NCBI GenBank assembly: GCA_934271195.1
Contig: CAKQRB010000070.1
Span: 1-58,876 of the forward strand
Direction: 5' to 3'
DNA: 58,876 bases
Source of the DNA: an uncultured Alphaproteobacteria bacterium
Lineage (GTDB): Bacteria; Pseudomonadota; Alphaproteobacteria; RF32; CAG-239
A program made the position numbers and the translations under genes. Below are positions 9,067-17,365 of the stretch, in pieces. The notes below the pieces were generated by a model. It saw only the letters and a program-made list of their open reading frames with translations. It did no database searches and had not been told where the DNA came from. The stretch's first letter is position 1; each line of letters begins with the position of its first letter.

Positions 9067-10323
9067 ATGGTTAAATATTTGAAAATTTGTTTGATTATGG
9101 CAGCGCTCACAGTCTTTTCCGGCTGTGACATGACTCGCTACAATACCGTGGTCTTGAAAGACAACAAAATCAGCGCAGAAATCGTGCCGCCGCAAAAAGA
9201 AATTATCCGAACGACAAAAGGCGCAAATGCCTTGGATTTGGAAGCGCCGCTCAGATGTTATGTCAACTGGCAGACTCAGCAGATGATTACGACCATTCCA
9301 TATAACATCAAGGCTTTTAACATGGTGAAAAACGGCAAGAATGATATGATGCCGCGTTATGAAGTGACCGGTTTTTCTTTTGATACCATGCCGGCAGAAC
9401 GAGCCCTGCACAAACTGGTTAAAGAAGCCGGAATCCGGTTGGTGGCAAAAGACGCGCCTTATGCCAGCATAGCGGCAGAAAACCTGCGCGGAGAACTATC
9501 GGAAGTCGTGGCGATGATTGCCGATGCGGCAGAGATTTTTTATTCTTATGACGATGCAACCAAGACATTGAGAATCCAGCGAAAAGCTAACTTCAGTCTT
9601 TATGTGCCGAAGTCGCGTCCGATATTGCTCGGGTTTCTTGATGTGCTGCGCGGCGCCGGTATTACCGATATTACCACTGACTGGGAGGATTATTCAATTT
9701 CGTTTGACGCCGATGCCGAGCTGAGAGAAAAAATCAGCAAGCTGGTATCTTATTTTGAAGAAAATCCGACACTGATTACCTATGATGTCAGCGTTTTCAG
9801 AATTTATCCGGGAAGCCCAGACAAAGAAATCGACTGGCAGAATCTGCTCAACTTTTTTGACTACGGCACAATCCGCACTGCTAAAACCGGCGTTATCGGC
9901 AGGATTATTACAACCTCAGACGAGCTTAACATTAATCGTTTGAACGCTTATTTAAGGCAACAGGCGACGGTTGAGAAGATTTCGGAAGGGAAATTCGTGG
10001 TACCCAACCTCTGGATGTCGCGTTTTGACATCGGCAAATGCGGAGAGATCAGTACGCCGGGAGCAGACCTTTCGCTTATGACCAAGGCTTCTTTGGAACA
10101 AGAGCACAAAATCTTTTCGCATATTACTTTAGAAGCGAAGGACGGGCAGATTACACAGTTTAATATTCGCAGCAAGTTCGGCGATAATATTGTGATTCTG
10201 GGACTGCCGAACGAAATTTTTGGCATCAAATCGCCTAAGTCTGAAACAATGGTATTTTTGGTTCCGAGAATCATCAGGACGACCAAGACGACCAAACATT
10301 TGGAAAACAACTTGCTGAAATAG
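9067..10323 (+). CDS. Lipoprotein with secretin-like N0 and C-terminal segments: a short paralog of the PilN-type secretin at 40176
   Basis: Lipobox LTVFSG-C. ENLRGELSEVVAMIADAAEIFYSYDDATKTLRIQRKANFSLYVP parallels VSYRGPLSGLLDEISSRFGIWWKYDKKEIHFYKYITKTFVLYSLP in the 540-aa secretin. C-terminal GDNIVILGLPNEIFG...SETMVFLVPRIIRT parallels GESLILTGYERV...ERSVLVIILTPVVLE. Confidence 0.55.
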   Translation: MVKYLKICLIMAALTVFSGCDMTRYNTVVLKDNKISAEIVPPQKEIIRTTKGANALDLEAPLRCYVNWQTQQMITTIPYNIKAFNMVKNGKNDMMPRYEVTGFSFDTMPAERALHKLVKEAGIRLVAKDAPYASIAAENLRGELSEVVAMIADAAEIFYSYDDATKTLRIQRKANFSLYVPKSRPILLGFLDVLRGAGITDITTDWEDYSISFDADAELREKISKLVSYFEENPTLITYDVSVFRIYPGSPDKEIDWQNLLNFFDYGTIRTAKTGVIGRIITTSDELNINRLNAYLRQQATVEKISEGKFVVPNLWMSRFDIGKCGEISTPGADLSLMTKASLEQEHKIFSHITLEAKDGQITQFNIRSKFGDNIVILGLPNEIFGIKSPKSETMVFLVPRIIRTTKTTKHLENNLLK

Positions 10324-10344
10324 TTATTGAGGGTAATTGTCATT

Positions 10345-11139
10345 ATGGATGAACAGAACACAAACAGCAGCAATCAATCTCAGGATTTGAACCGGCCGCG
10401 CCTGAAAAAAGTAAAGCGTCCGATTCGGCGTATTGTGCCGCAATCTCCGGTTATGTCTGAAACTTCATCTTTGCAGGAAACACCGGCAACATCATCTGTA
10501 CAGGCGGTTTCCGCGCCGACGGACGTTTCGGCAACAAATCCGTTTGCCGGCGGCAGCAGTATTCTTCCGGGAGGATCTTTTGACAATGGCGGCGATGATA
10601 TTTATGAGGCTTTCAGCAATAAGGACATTATTACCGAAGAAGAAAATCTGCCCAGTCTGACAAATTATGGACAGCAAAGTGCTTTTGCCCCGCAACATCC
10701 GCAGTTTTTAGGGGTCGTTCCGCCAAAATCCAATGGTATGGCGGCACCTGCAGGCGAAGGCTTTTACATGAATGGCGAACATGTTTCAAAAAACGTGTTG
10801 TTTTTGATTTTTATTGCGGTCTTTATGGTTGGTTTTATTATTGCCAAGCTTTTTTTTGCCGAGGAGAAAATTGTAAAAGGCGGTTTGCAAGGCGTGGTTG
10901 TTAATGCAGAAGTTCCGAAAGGTCGGGCACGATGCGGCACAACGGACAAAAATCAGGGTTGTGTCTTGTATTTGATGAATCCGCAAAGGAATGAGCTGTT
11001 AGCACGTGATTTTTATGATTTGGCGTCACAGCTTACCGGTCGTCAACGTTTTATTATTGAAACAGGTAATATGCGTTATTCGATGACGAGAATCAAACCG
11101 GGGCAATTCGGACAATTTAATATTCCGCCATTGCAATAG
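10345..11139 (+). CDS. Bitopic membrane protein: disordered N-terminus, one TM helix, conserved-looking C-terminal domain. Function unknown
   Basis: ATG 10345 is preceded by GAGGG (10329-10333); the listed TTG 10327 is less likely. TM helix VLFLIFIAVFMVGFIIAKLFF. Confidence 0.55.
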   Translation: MDEQNTNSSNQSQDLNRPRLKKVKRPIRRIVPQSPVMSETSSLQETPATSSVQAVSAPTDVSATNPFAGGSSILPGGSFDNGGDDIYEAFSNKDIITEEENLPSLTNYGQQSAFAPQHPQFLGVVPPKSNGMAAPAGEGFYMNGEHVSKNVLFLIFIAVFMVGFIIAKLFFAEEKIVKGGLQGVVVNAEVPKGRARCGTTDKNQGCVLYLMNPQRNELLARDFYDLASQLTGRQRFIIETGNMRYSMTRIKPGQFGQFNIPPLQ

Positions 11140-11234
11140 CCGAACGTCGGCGGCGGTCGTTTTGTACGGTGCCTTGTGACCCGCGATGCTCTGATATTTT
11201 TTGTGAATGGCATTGTTCTTTGAATGGAGAAAAT

Positions 11235-11265
11235 GAAAAAAGCGGGAGAGAATCCCGCTTTTTTG
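11235..11265. terminator. Bidirectional rho-independent terminator between convergent genes
   Basis: Stem AGCGGGA (11241-11247) / TCCCGCT (11253-11259), flanked by an A6 run on the left and a T6 run on the right. Confidence 0.6.
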
Positions 11266-11526
11266 TTATTGCCAAGGATAATCCTTGGCGTCGACAAGTT
11301 TTATTTCAAACACCTTATCCAAAAATGAAAACAGATAAACATATTCTTCCATTCTCACGTGGCTGGTATTTCTTCTTAATTTTTCTATCCGCCCTTCCAT
11401 AAAATCTATATGGTCGGCGAGTTCCGTACTTGTTAAGCCCTGTTCCGTCATTATCCGGTTTAATTCTTTATTGCAATAACTCCGGAAGGTCTTATACCAC
11501 TCTTTTCTATATTTTCTTGATAACAT
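11266..11526 (-). CDS. Small HTH (XRE-like) DNA-binding protein
   Basis: 86 aa; NRIMTEQGLTSTELADHIDFMEGRIEKLRRN looks like a helix-turn-helix. GGAG lies 7 nt upstream of the ATG. Confidence 0.5.
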   Translation of the reverse strand: MLSRKYRKEWYKTFRSYCNKELNRIMTEQGLTSTELADHIDFMEGRIEKLRRNTSHVRMEEYVYLFSFLDKVFEIKLVDAKDYPWQ

Positions 11527-11548
11527 TTTTTAGCTCCACTATTTTGTT

Positions 11549-11580
11549 AAAACAAAACCGCCTTCAAAATAAAGGCGGGG
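11549..11580 (-). terminator. Rho-independent terminator closing the T4SS operon after virB11
   Basis: On the minus strand, CCGCCTT-loop-AAGGCGG is followed by TTTTGTTTT (plus-strand stem arms at 11558-11564 and 11572-11578). Confidence 0.5.
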
Positions 11581-11754
11581 AGCTCAAAAACTGTCAAGTT
11601 ACAGTCGCCATGATTCGTCCGCAAAGCGGCTTATTTCCGGCACTCCCCATAACGAGGAACTAAACTTGAGATGTTTTTGAGACACCGCAATCCGTCTCCG
11701 GACTGCGAGGTTTATATTAAACAAATCTGTGACTTTTGCAAGCTGATTTTTAAA

Positions 11755-12726
11755 TTAACGGACTTCGGTAACCGCGCGCAGGTTGCCGTCGCGGTTGATT
11801 TGGACGACACGCAGTTTTTGCCGCATCTCTTCAATAACTTTCTTTCTGTCCATGGTCGGATAAGAGTGCAGAATACGGTCGGCAAAAGCGGCATAAGCTG
11901 CCTCGGAGCTTTCGGCGTGGATAGTGGCCAGACAGTTATCGTGACCTGAGCCCATAAGTTCCCAAATCGCGCCGGCGTTGCCGGTTGAAATCTCACCGCC
12001 GATAATGGCATCCGGCGTAAAGCGCACAACCAGGTCAATAACTTTGGCATAGGTCAGTTCGTTGGTCTGGGCGGTACGGGAAAGAACAAGGTGAACCCGA
12101 TTAGGGTGCGGTACCATCAGCTCGCGTGTGTCTTCAATGGTTAAAATACGTTTATGAATGTCCAAAATTTTGAGCAAATTGTTCAAAAACGTGGTTTTAC
12201 CGGTTGAGGTTGCACCGCTGACCAGAATATGGTCACCGCGTTTGATACTGACCAGCAAGCGTTCATACGGATCTTCCGGATCTTTAATATCTTTCAGCGG
12301 GTTAATTTTATGCAGTTTTTCACCTTGTGCCAAGCCATAGTCTTTCAGTCCCCAAGCCACGTCTTCACTATGGACACGGATTGTCAGCGCAATACCACCA
12401 GTCAGGTCTTCATCATCATACATAATGTTCCGACCGGCGATGGCAGAAAAACGATGTTCGCCCGGAATGGCGGCATAAACAACCGGCGTTCCGCTGACCG
12501 GATCAAAAGGAAGCTCATAAGTATTGGCAATGATATAAAGCAAATCCGTCAGATATTCTTTGGTCAGCTTTTCATCTTTATACATTACCCAAGGATAAGC
12601 CCTTTTTCCGCGCAGACGCAGCCAAATCTGTTTGGAGCGGTTGATGGCAACTTCCTCAATATTGTCTTGCGTGTACCAATAAGAAAGCGGTCTTAACACT
12701 GATTCAAGTACTTTAAAGCTCATCAA
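11755..12726 (-). CDS. virB11: VirB11-family T4SS traffic ATPase
   Basis: Walker A GATSTGKTT, TIEDTREL, and His box GSGHDNCLATIHA. It is 323 aa and the last gene of the virB-ordered operon. Confidence 0.93.
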   Translation of the reverse strand: MMSFKVLESVLRPLSYWYTQDNIEEVAINRSKQIWLRLRGKRAYPWVMYKDEKLTKEYLTDLLYIIANTYELPFDPVSGTPVVYAAIPGEHRFSAIAGRNIMYDDEDLTGGIALTIRVHSEDVAWGLKDYGLAQGEKLHKINPLKDIKDPEDPYERLLVSIKRGDHILVSGATSTGKTTFLNNLLKILDIHKRILTIEDTRELMVPHPNRVHLVLSRTAQTNELTYAKVIDLVVRFTPDAIIGGEISTGNAGAIWELMGSGHDNCLATIHAESSEAAYAAFADRILHSYPTMDRKKVIEEMRQKLRVVQINRDGNLRAVTEVR

Positions 12727-12734
12727 CTTTCTCC

Positions 12735-15700
12735 TTAAAACAACTGCGGAACACCGGCGGCGGGTTCTGTATTGTCGTTCTTTTTAGTGACGCTGTCCGT
12801 TTTTTGCGGTGTTGTTGCCGTTACGACTGCCGGACGGTTGGAAGTCGGTGTATTAGATGTGCCGACACCTGTTCCCGGCGGCGCGACAACCGGAGCTCCG
12901 CCCGGACGAACCGGAGGCTGATAGTATGCCGGAGGCTGGTAGGCTTCTTTCTTACGACGGGCACTTTCTCCGCCATCATCCATCAAAGGCATTTCTTCGA
13001 CTTCGGCATCGTTCTGCGTATTTTTGTATTGAACATTATTGGCTGCCGGATAGTTGGCTTTGAAACGTTCTTCATTCGTACTGTCTACCTGTAACGGAAT
13101 ATCACCATCAATACGACGGACGCTTTCATCTTTGGCGCGATCCTGCGTTCTCAGCCAGAGGTCAACCTGCGGATATACAATAATTCTTGTGCCTGCCGGA
13201 ACATAAGTCATCGGCTGAATACTCGCCTTATCTGTCAGTATCTGGTTGAAAATGCTGTTCATCGAGTTCAGGAAGTTCTGACGCGCATCATTGGCAGCTT
13301 CCTGTTTGGAGTTTTCGGTTTCACCGTTATTCTTCTCATCCGTAGCAATGTAATAAGCCGCCGTCGAGCTTAAGAGCGTTGTCATTAACGGCAAAGAATA
13401 GCGTTTGAACAGCTGTTGGTCCAAATAGCCCAAAGCACCGCCGCGTCCCTGAGCGTCACCGGTCAGGCCGTTGAAGACAAAGATTGAGCCGTCCGGACGA
13501 ATCAGGCGACCCCAGCTGATCTGAATTTTGGCCGAGGTAGAAGTTCTTTCACCATTAGTACTAGTCACACCGTCGATCGTGCCAATCAATCTTGAACCGG
13601 CCGGAATCAGAATATTACGACCTTCCTCCGCATAGACGTTGCGTTCAACAATTGCCGTTACCGGCGTCGGGTTGCTGGAATCTATTGAGCGGGCGATGAC
13701 TGCCGGAATCGGCTTATCGGCCAGTATCATCTCATCCATTTTAACACGCCAAGACGAGATAACCTGCTCAATCCCCTGTTCTGTCCAGTCTTTTTGCATA
13801 CCGTCAAAATCTTCACGATTAAAACCGCTGGAGATTTTGCCGACCGAAATATTTTTGCGGCGTTCATTCATTGCAACCCCAAGAGCATACTGACGCTGCG
13901 GATCATAACGCTCACCGGGACCGAACCCACCGCCCGGCCCGAGATTGGTTCCGGGGCCGACACCTACACCATAAGCCGCGCCGGGGCCGAATTCTCCGGC
14001 CGGAACAAAGATATCTCCGCCTTGCGGCTTTTTGATTTCTTCAATACCGATCATTGTCCCGTTATCATCAATCACAATACCGTCAGGGAGTTTGCGCCCC
14101 AGAACATTGCCTTTTTTATCGACAACGCGGCCGTCTTCCAGAATATCTCCCAAATAATCACCGTCCGGCGTTAACGCAATATTAAAAGATTTGCGGTACT
14201 CGCCGCCGTCAGCCAAACCGAGTTTGTTTTCATCAATGGCACCGACTTTTATATCCGTTTTGTTGCCGTTTTTTTGCGCTTGCCTTCTCTCTTCCGGCGT
14301 TTTTTCATACCAGTTGACACCGATACCGCCTAAAATATTACCGCTGGCATCTAATACCGTCCCGTCTTTATCCAATTTGCCGATGATTTTTCCATCAATG
14401 TCTTCAACCGTCCCGTCCGAGTTGACATAGCCGACGAAATTGCCGTTGGCATCATAGGCCTTTTCTTTTTCGGGCACTTTGCCGATGACCTCATTGTTCA
14501 AGCCGATAATTTCACCGTTTTTATTACGATGGCCGACAATTTTGCCGTATTCATCCACCAGTTCGCCGTTATCATTCAAATAACCGATAACACGGCCCTC
14601 TTTGTCAACAACAATCTGATGGCTGCCGGGGCTGTAAAATTGCAACGGATTGGCATAAGCCAGAACTTCTTTATTTTCATCTTTCAGCTGTCCGAGCCGG
14701 TCTATTTTTCCTAAACTTTTATGATTAAGATCATAAACAGTCCCATCCATGGCAAGTTCGCCGACAACAACACGATCCTGATTGCGCAGCAGGTAACTGC
14801 GATTGCCGCGGGCGATGACTTTATCATCGTTATCGACCAGAAAGCCGCGGTTAATCCGTCCCAGTTTGCGGTTGGAAAAGTTCATAACCTCGCCGCTGTT
14901 GCTAATGTAGCCGACAGTCTCAAAATTTGCGCCATAAACATAAAAATCATACAGCGCATAGCCTGCTTTTTGTTCATTGTGCCAAACATAGCCATCATGC
15001 GCAACCTGACCGACAACCTCGTTCCGACTGTTTAAGACTTCGCCTTTGGCATTGACCCGTCCGAGATACTGGTTGGCATTGTCAAAAGCAACCTGATAAC
15101 GGAAAAGTTCACCAATCGGATTGCCGGTTTTGGAATTGACATTCTCATTGCCCTGAACATAGCCGATAAACTGGTTGTCTTCATCTACCACACGCCCGTC
15201 TAAAATAGAGCGGCCGATGATTTTGTCATTAAAGCTCATTACCGGATAATACGGAATCAGCCGGCCGGCAATTTCTCCGTCTTTTTTAACTAAACGTTCC
15301 TGAGCATTAACACAGCCGATGTTTTCATTATTATAATTTATCGCCGCACCATTAACAGATGTTACGCCAATGACATTGCCGGTATTATCGACAATACCGT
15401 TTAGTTTCACCATGTGTCCGCTGATTTTGCCGTTTGAACCGATTATCTGGCCGTTTGCCAGGACACGGCCGATTTGAACACCGCGAAAATTGCGAATTTC
15501 GGCCGACGGCGTCAAAACGCCAAGGCTTGCGCATCTATCCGTCACGGCGCCACCATAGTTTATAATCCGCCCCGACAAGATATTTACGGTATCAATAACG
15601 CCGCCGTTTTCTACGACTCGACCGACAGCAGAGCCGTCTTTATCTCTGACGACGCCGTCCAAACCGGCATAGCCCATCAGTTCACCATCTACGGAAACAG

Positions 15701-17363
15701 CCGGAAGAAAAGGATAGGCCGTTCCCGACTGAGGCATGAGTTCCGGAGAGTTGTCAGAATTTGTTTTGACAGCAGACGTGTCCGGAAGCAGCTTTGCAAT
15801 AATATTGGCATTTTTATCCAATACAAAGTTATCGGCGGTCAACAAGCCCAGACTTTCACCGTTTCCTTCTACAGCAAAAGAAGCCGTGATATTTTTTCCG
15901 AGAATGCGGTTGCGTTCATCCAAGACGATACCGGACTGGGTCATGCTGCCCAGACGAGTGCCGCCGGCGTTGGTCACATCTCCGTTCAGTCCGAGACGGG
16001 CGACAACTGCGCCGTTAAAACTGTATAAATTTTCCAGCGGGCGGGTTTGGCCGACAACCGTTTCAGAATTGTCAAAAACATATCCGTAAGGAGAAACCAC
16101 AATATCACGTTCGCCTTTTTTAACAGATGACGCGATTGAAACCATGCCGAGGCTTTTGTTATCCGAACCGATTATCAGAGCCGGCGACAATATGCCGCCG
16201 ACAATTTTGCCGTCAATATCATACCCCTGTGATCCTTTGACATAACCGATACGGCTGCCGCTTAAATCTATCAGCGACGCATTGCTCAAAGCAATGCCAC
16301 GCAAGCTGCCGCGGTAGTCAAACAAAGCCCCAGGTTTCAGAATGCTGCCGACGACGCGGCCTTCGTTATCCTGAATCACGCCGCGCGGGCCGACACGGCC
16401 GATAATTTCTTTGCCCGAGGCAATAAGCCCTTCCGGCATCAGGCGGCCAAGGTATTGTCCTTTCAAATCAGATGCTGTGGCTGCAAAGTCAAGCATATAG
16501 CCAATAACGGTGTTTTTATCATCGGCAATTGCCCCGTCGGCGCGCAAGCGGCCGACAACTTTTTCGCCATTCAATACTTTTCCGTTATAAGACACAAAGC
16601 CCAGATATTTGCCATGATTGTCAAAAGCATAACCGGTACGGACTATCCGGCCGATAATCTCGTTTTTATCATTATACACAAAACCGCCGGCGTGTACGCT
16701 GCCAATGATTTTGCCGTCAAAGTCCGAAACTTCACCGCCGGGGGCAACACTGCCGATAAAAGCTCCGTCCGGAGAAACAACCATTTTTGAAGAGATCAGG
16801 CGGCCAGCCAAAATATAATCATTAACCGCCTTGCGATAAGCATCGCCGGTAGGGGAAACAAAGCCGACCTGCTGACCATCCAGCGTTGTAAAATTGCCGT
16901 CTCCGGTAAAACGTCCGATCGTCTTGCCGGTATCGGAATAAATCAGCCCCGGAAAGAGCACAGCTCCGATAATGTTATACGAATCGTCAATAACCAGACC
17001 ATTGGGCAGGGTTTTGCCGATGATTTTGCCGGAAGCAAGGCGGACAGAACCGTCATTACTGACTTTTCCGAGCAGTTTGGTATCATTTCCGACTGCAACG
17101 CCCTGCGGAACAACACCACCAATCAATTTGCCGTCAAAATTTACAATAAGACTGTCTGCCGTTACATTACCAATCAACTGATTATCCAAACCGACAACGC
17201 TGCCGTTCGGAATGACCTTACCTATGAGGTCGCCGTTGAAGTCAATTGCGCTGATTTCTTCCGCCGCAGCAGGTTGCAGCATACCAAAAAACAGACCGGC
17301 GGCAAGAACCGCTTTCCAAACCTGACGGAAGAACCGCAAAATTATGTATTCAGACGTCGTCAC
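12735..17363 (-). CDS. virB10: Giant VirB10/TrbI-family protein (1542 aa): signal/anchor, ~1000 aa of 17-residue repeats, Gly/Pro linker, TrbI/VirB10 core domain, Pro-rich C-terminal tail
   Basis: GTG start with GGAGGA 7 nt upstream. The core domain (approx 13150..13760) reads ILADKPIPAVIARSIDSS...VERNVYAEEGRNILIPAGSRLIG...GDAQGRGGALGYLD...YVPAGTRIIVYPQVDLWL. It sits between virB9 and virB11. Confidence 0.88.
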   Translation of the reverse strand: MTTSEYIILRFFRQVWKAVLAAGLFFGMLQPAAAEEISAIDFNGDLIGKVIPNGSVVGLDNQLIGNVTADSLIVNFDGKLIGGVVPQGVAVGNDTKLLGKVSNDGSVRLASGKIIGKTLPNGLVIDDSYNIIGAVLFPGLIYSDTGKTIGRFTGDGNFTTLDGQQVGFVSPTGDAYRKAVNDYILAGRLISSKMVVSPDGAFIGSVAPGGEVSDFDGKIIGSVHAGGFVYNDKNEIIGRIVRTGYAFDNHGKYLGFVSYNGKVLNGEKVVGRLRADGAIADDKNTVIGYMLDFAATASDLKGQYLGRLMPEGLIASGKEIIGRVGPRGVIQDNEGRVVGSILKPGALFDYRGSLRGIALSNASLIDLSGSRIGYVKGSQGYDIDGKIVGGILSPALIIGSDNKSLGMVSIASSVKKGERDIVVSPYGYVFDNSETVVGQTRPLENLYSFNGAVVARLGLNGDVTNAGGTRLGSMTQSGIVLDERNRILGKNITASFAVEGNGESLGLLTADNFVLDKNANIIAKLLPDTSAVKTNSDNSPELMPQSGTAYPFLPAVSVDGELMGYAGLDGVVRDKDGSAVGRVVENGGVIDTVNILSGRIINYGGAVTDRCASLGVLTPSAEIRNFRGVQIGRVLANGQIIGSNGKISGHMVKLNGIVDNTGNVIGVTSVNGAAINYNNENIGCVNAQERLVKKDGEIAGRLIPYYPVMSFNDKIIGRSILDGRVVDEDNQFIGYVQGNENVNSKTGNPIGELFRYQVAFDNANQYLGRVNAKGEVLNSRNEVVGQVAHDGYVWHNEQKAGYALYDFYVYGANFETVGYISNSGEVMNFSNRKLGRINRGFLVDNDDKVIARGNRSYLLRNQDRVVVGELAMDGTVYDLNHKSLGKIDRLGQLKDENKEVLAYANPLQFYSPGSHQIVVDKEGRVIGYLNDNGELVDEYGKIVGHRNKNGEIIGLNNEVIGKVPEKEKAYDANGNFVGYVNSDGTVEDIDGKIIGKLDKDGTVLDASGNILGGIGVNWYEKTPEERRQAQKNGNKTDIKVGAIDENKLGLADGGEYRKSFNIALTPDGDYLGDILEDGRVVDKKGNVLGRKLPDGIVIDDNGTMIGIEEIKKPQGGDIFVPAGEFGPGAAYGVGVGPGTNLGPGGGFGPGERYDPQRQYALGVAMNERRKNISVGKISSGFNREDFDGMQKDWTEQGIEQVISSWRVKMDEMILADKPIPAVIARSIDSSNPTPVTAIVERNVYAEEGRNILIPAGSRLIGTIDGVTSTNGERTSTSAKIQISWGRLIRPDGSIFVFNGLTGDAQGRGGALGYLDQQLFKRYSLPLMTTLLSSTAAYYIATDEKNNGETENSKQEAANDARQNFLNSMNSIFNQILTDKASIQPMTYVPAGTRIIVYPQVDLWLRTQDRAKDESVRRIDGDIPLQVDSTNEERFKANYPAANNVQYKNTQNDAEVEEMPLMDDGGESARRKKEAYQPPAYYQPPVRPGGAPVVAPPGTGVGTSNTPTSNRPAVVTATTPQKTDSVTKKNDNTEPAAGVPQLF

Positions 17364-17365
17364 CT

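Noticed and set aside
11671-12050. ORFs 11671..11949 (+) and 11712..12050 (-) overlapping the 3' end of virB11
   Set aside because: They overlap a gene with unambiguous VirB11 motifs, in other frames or on the other strand, and have no independent support.
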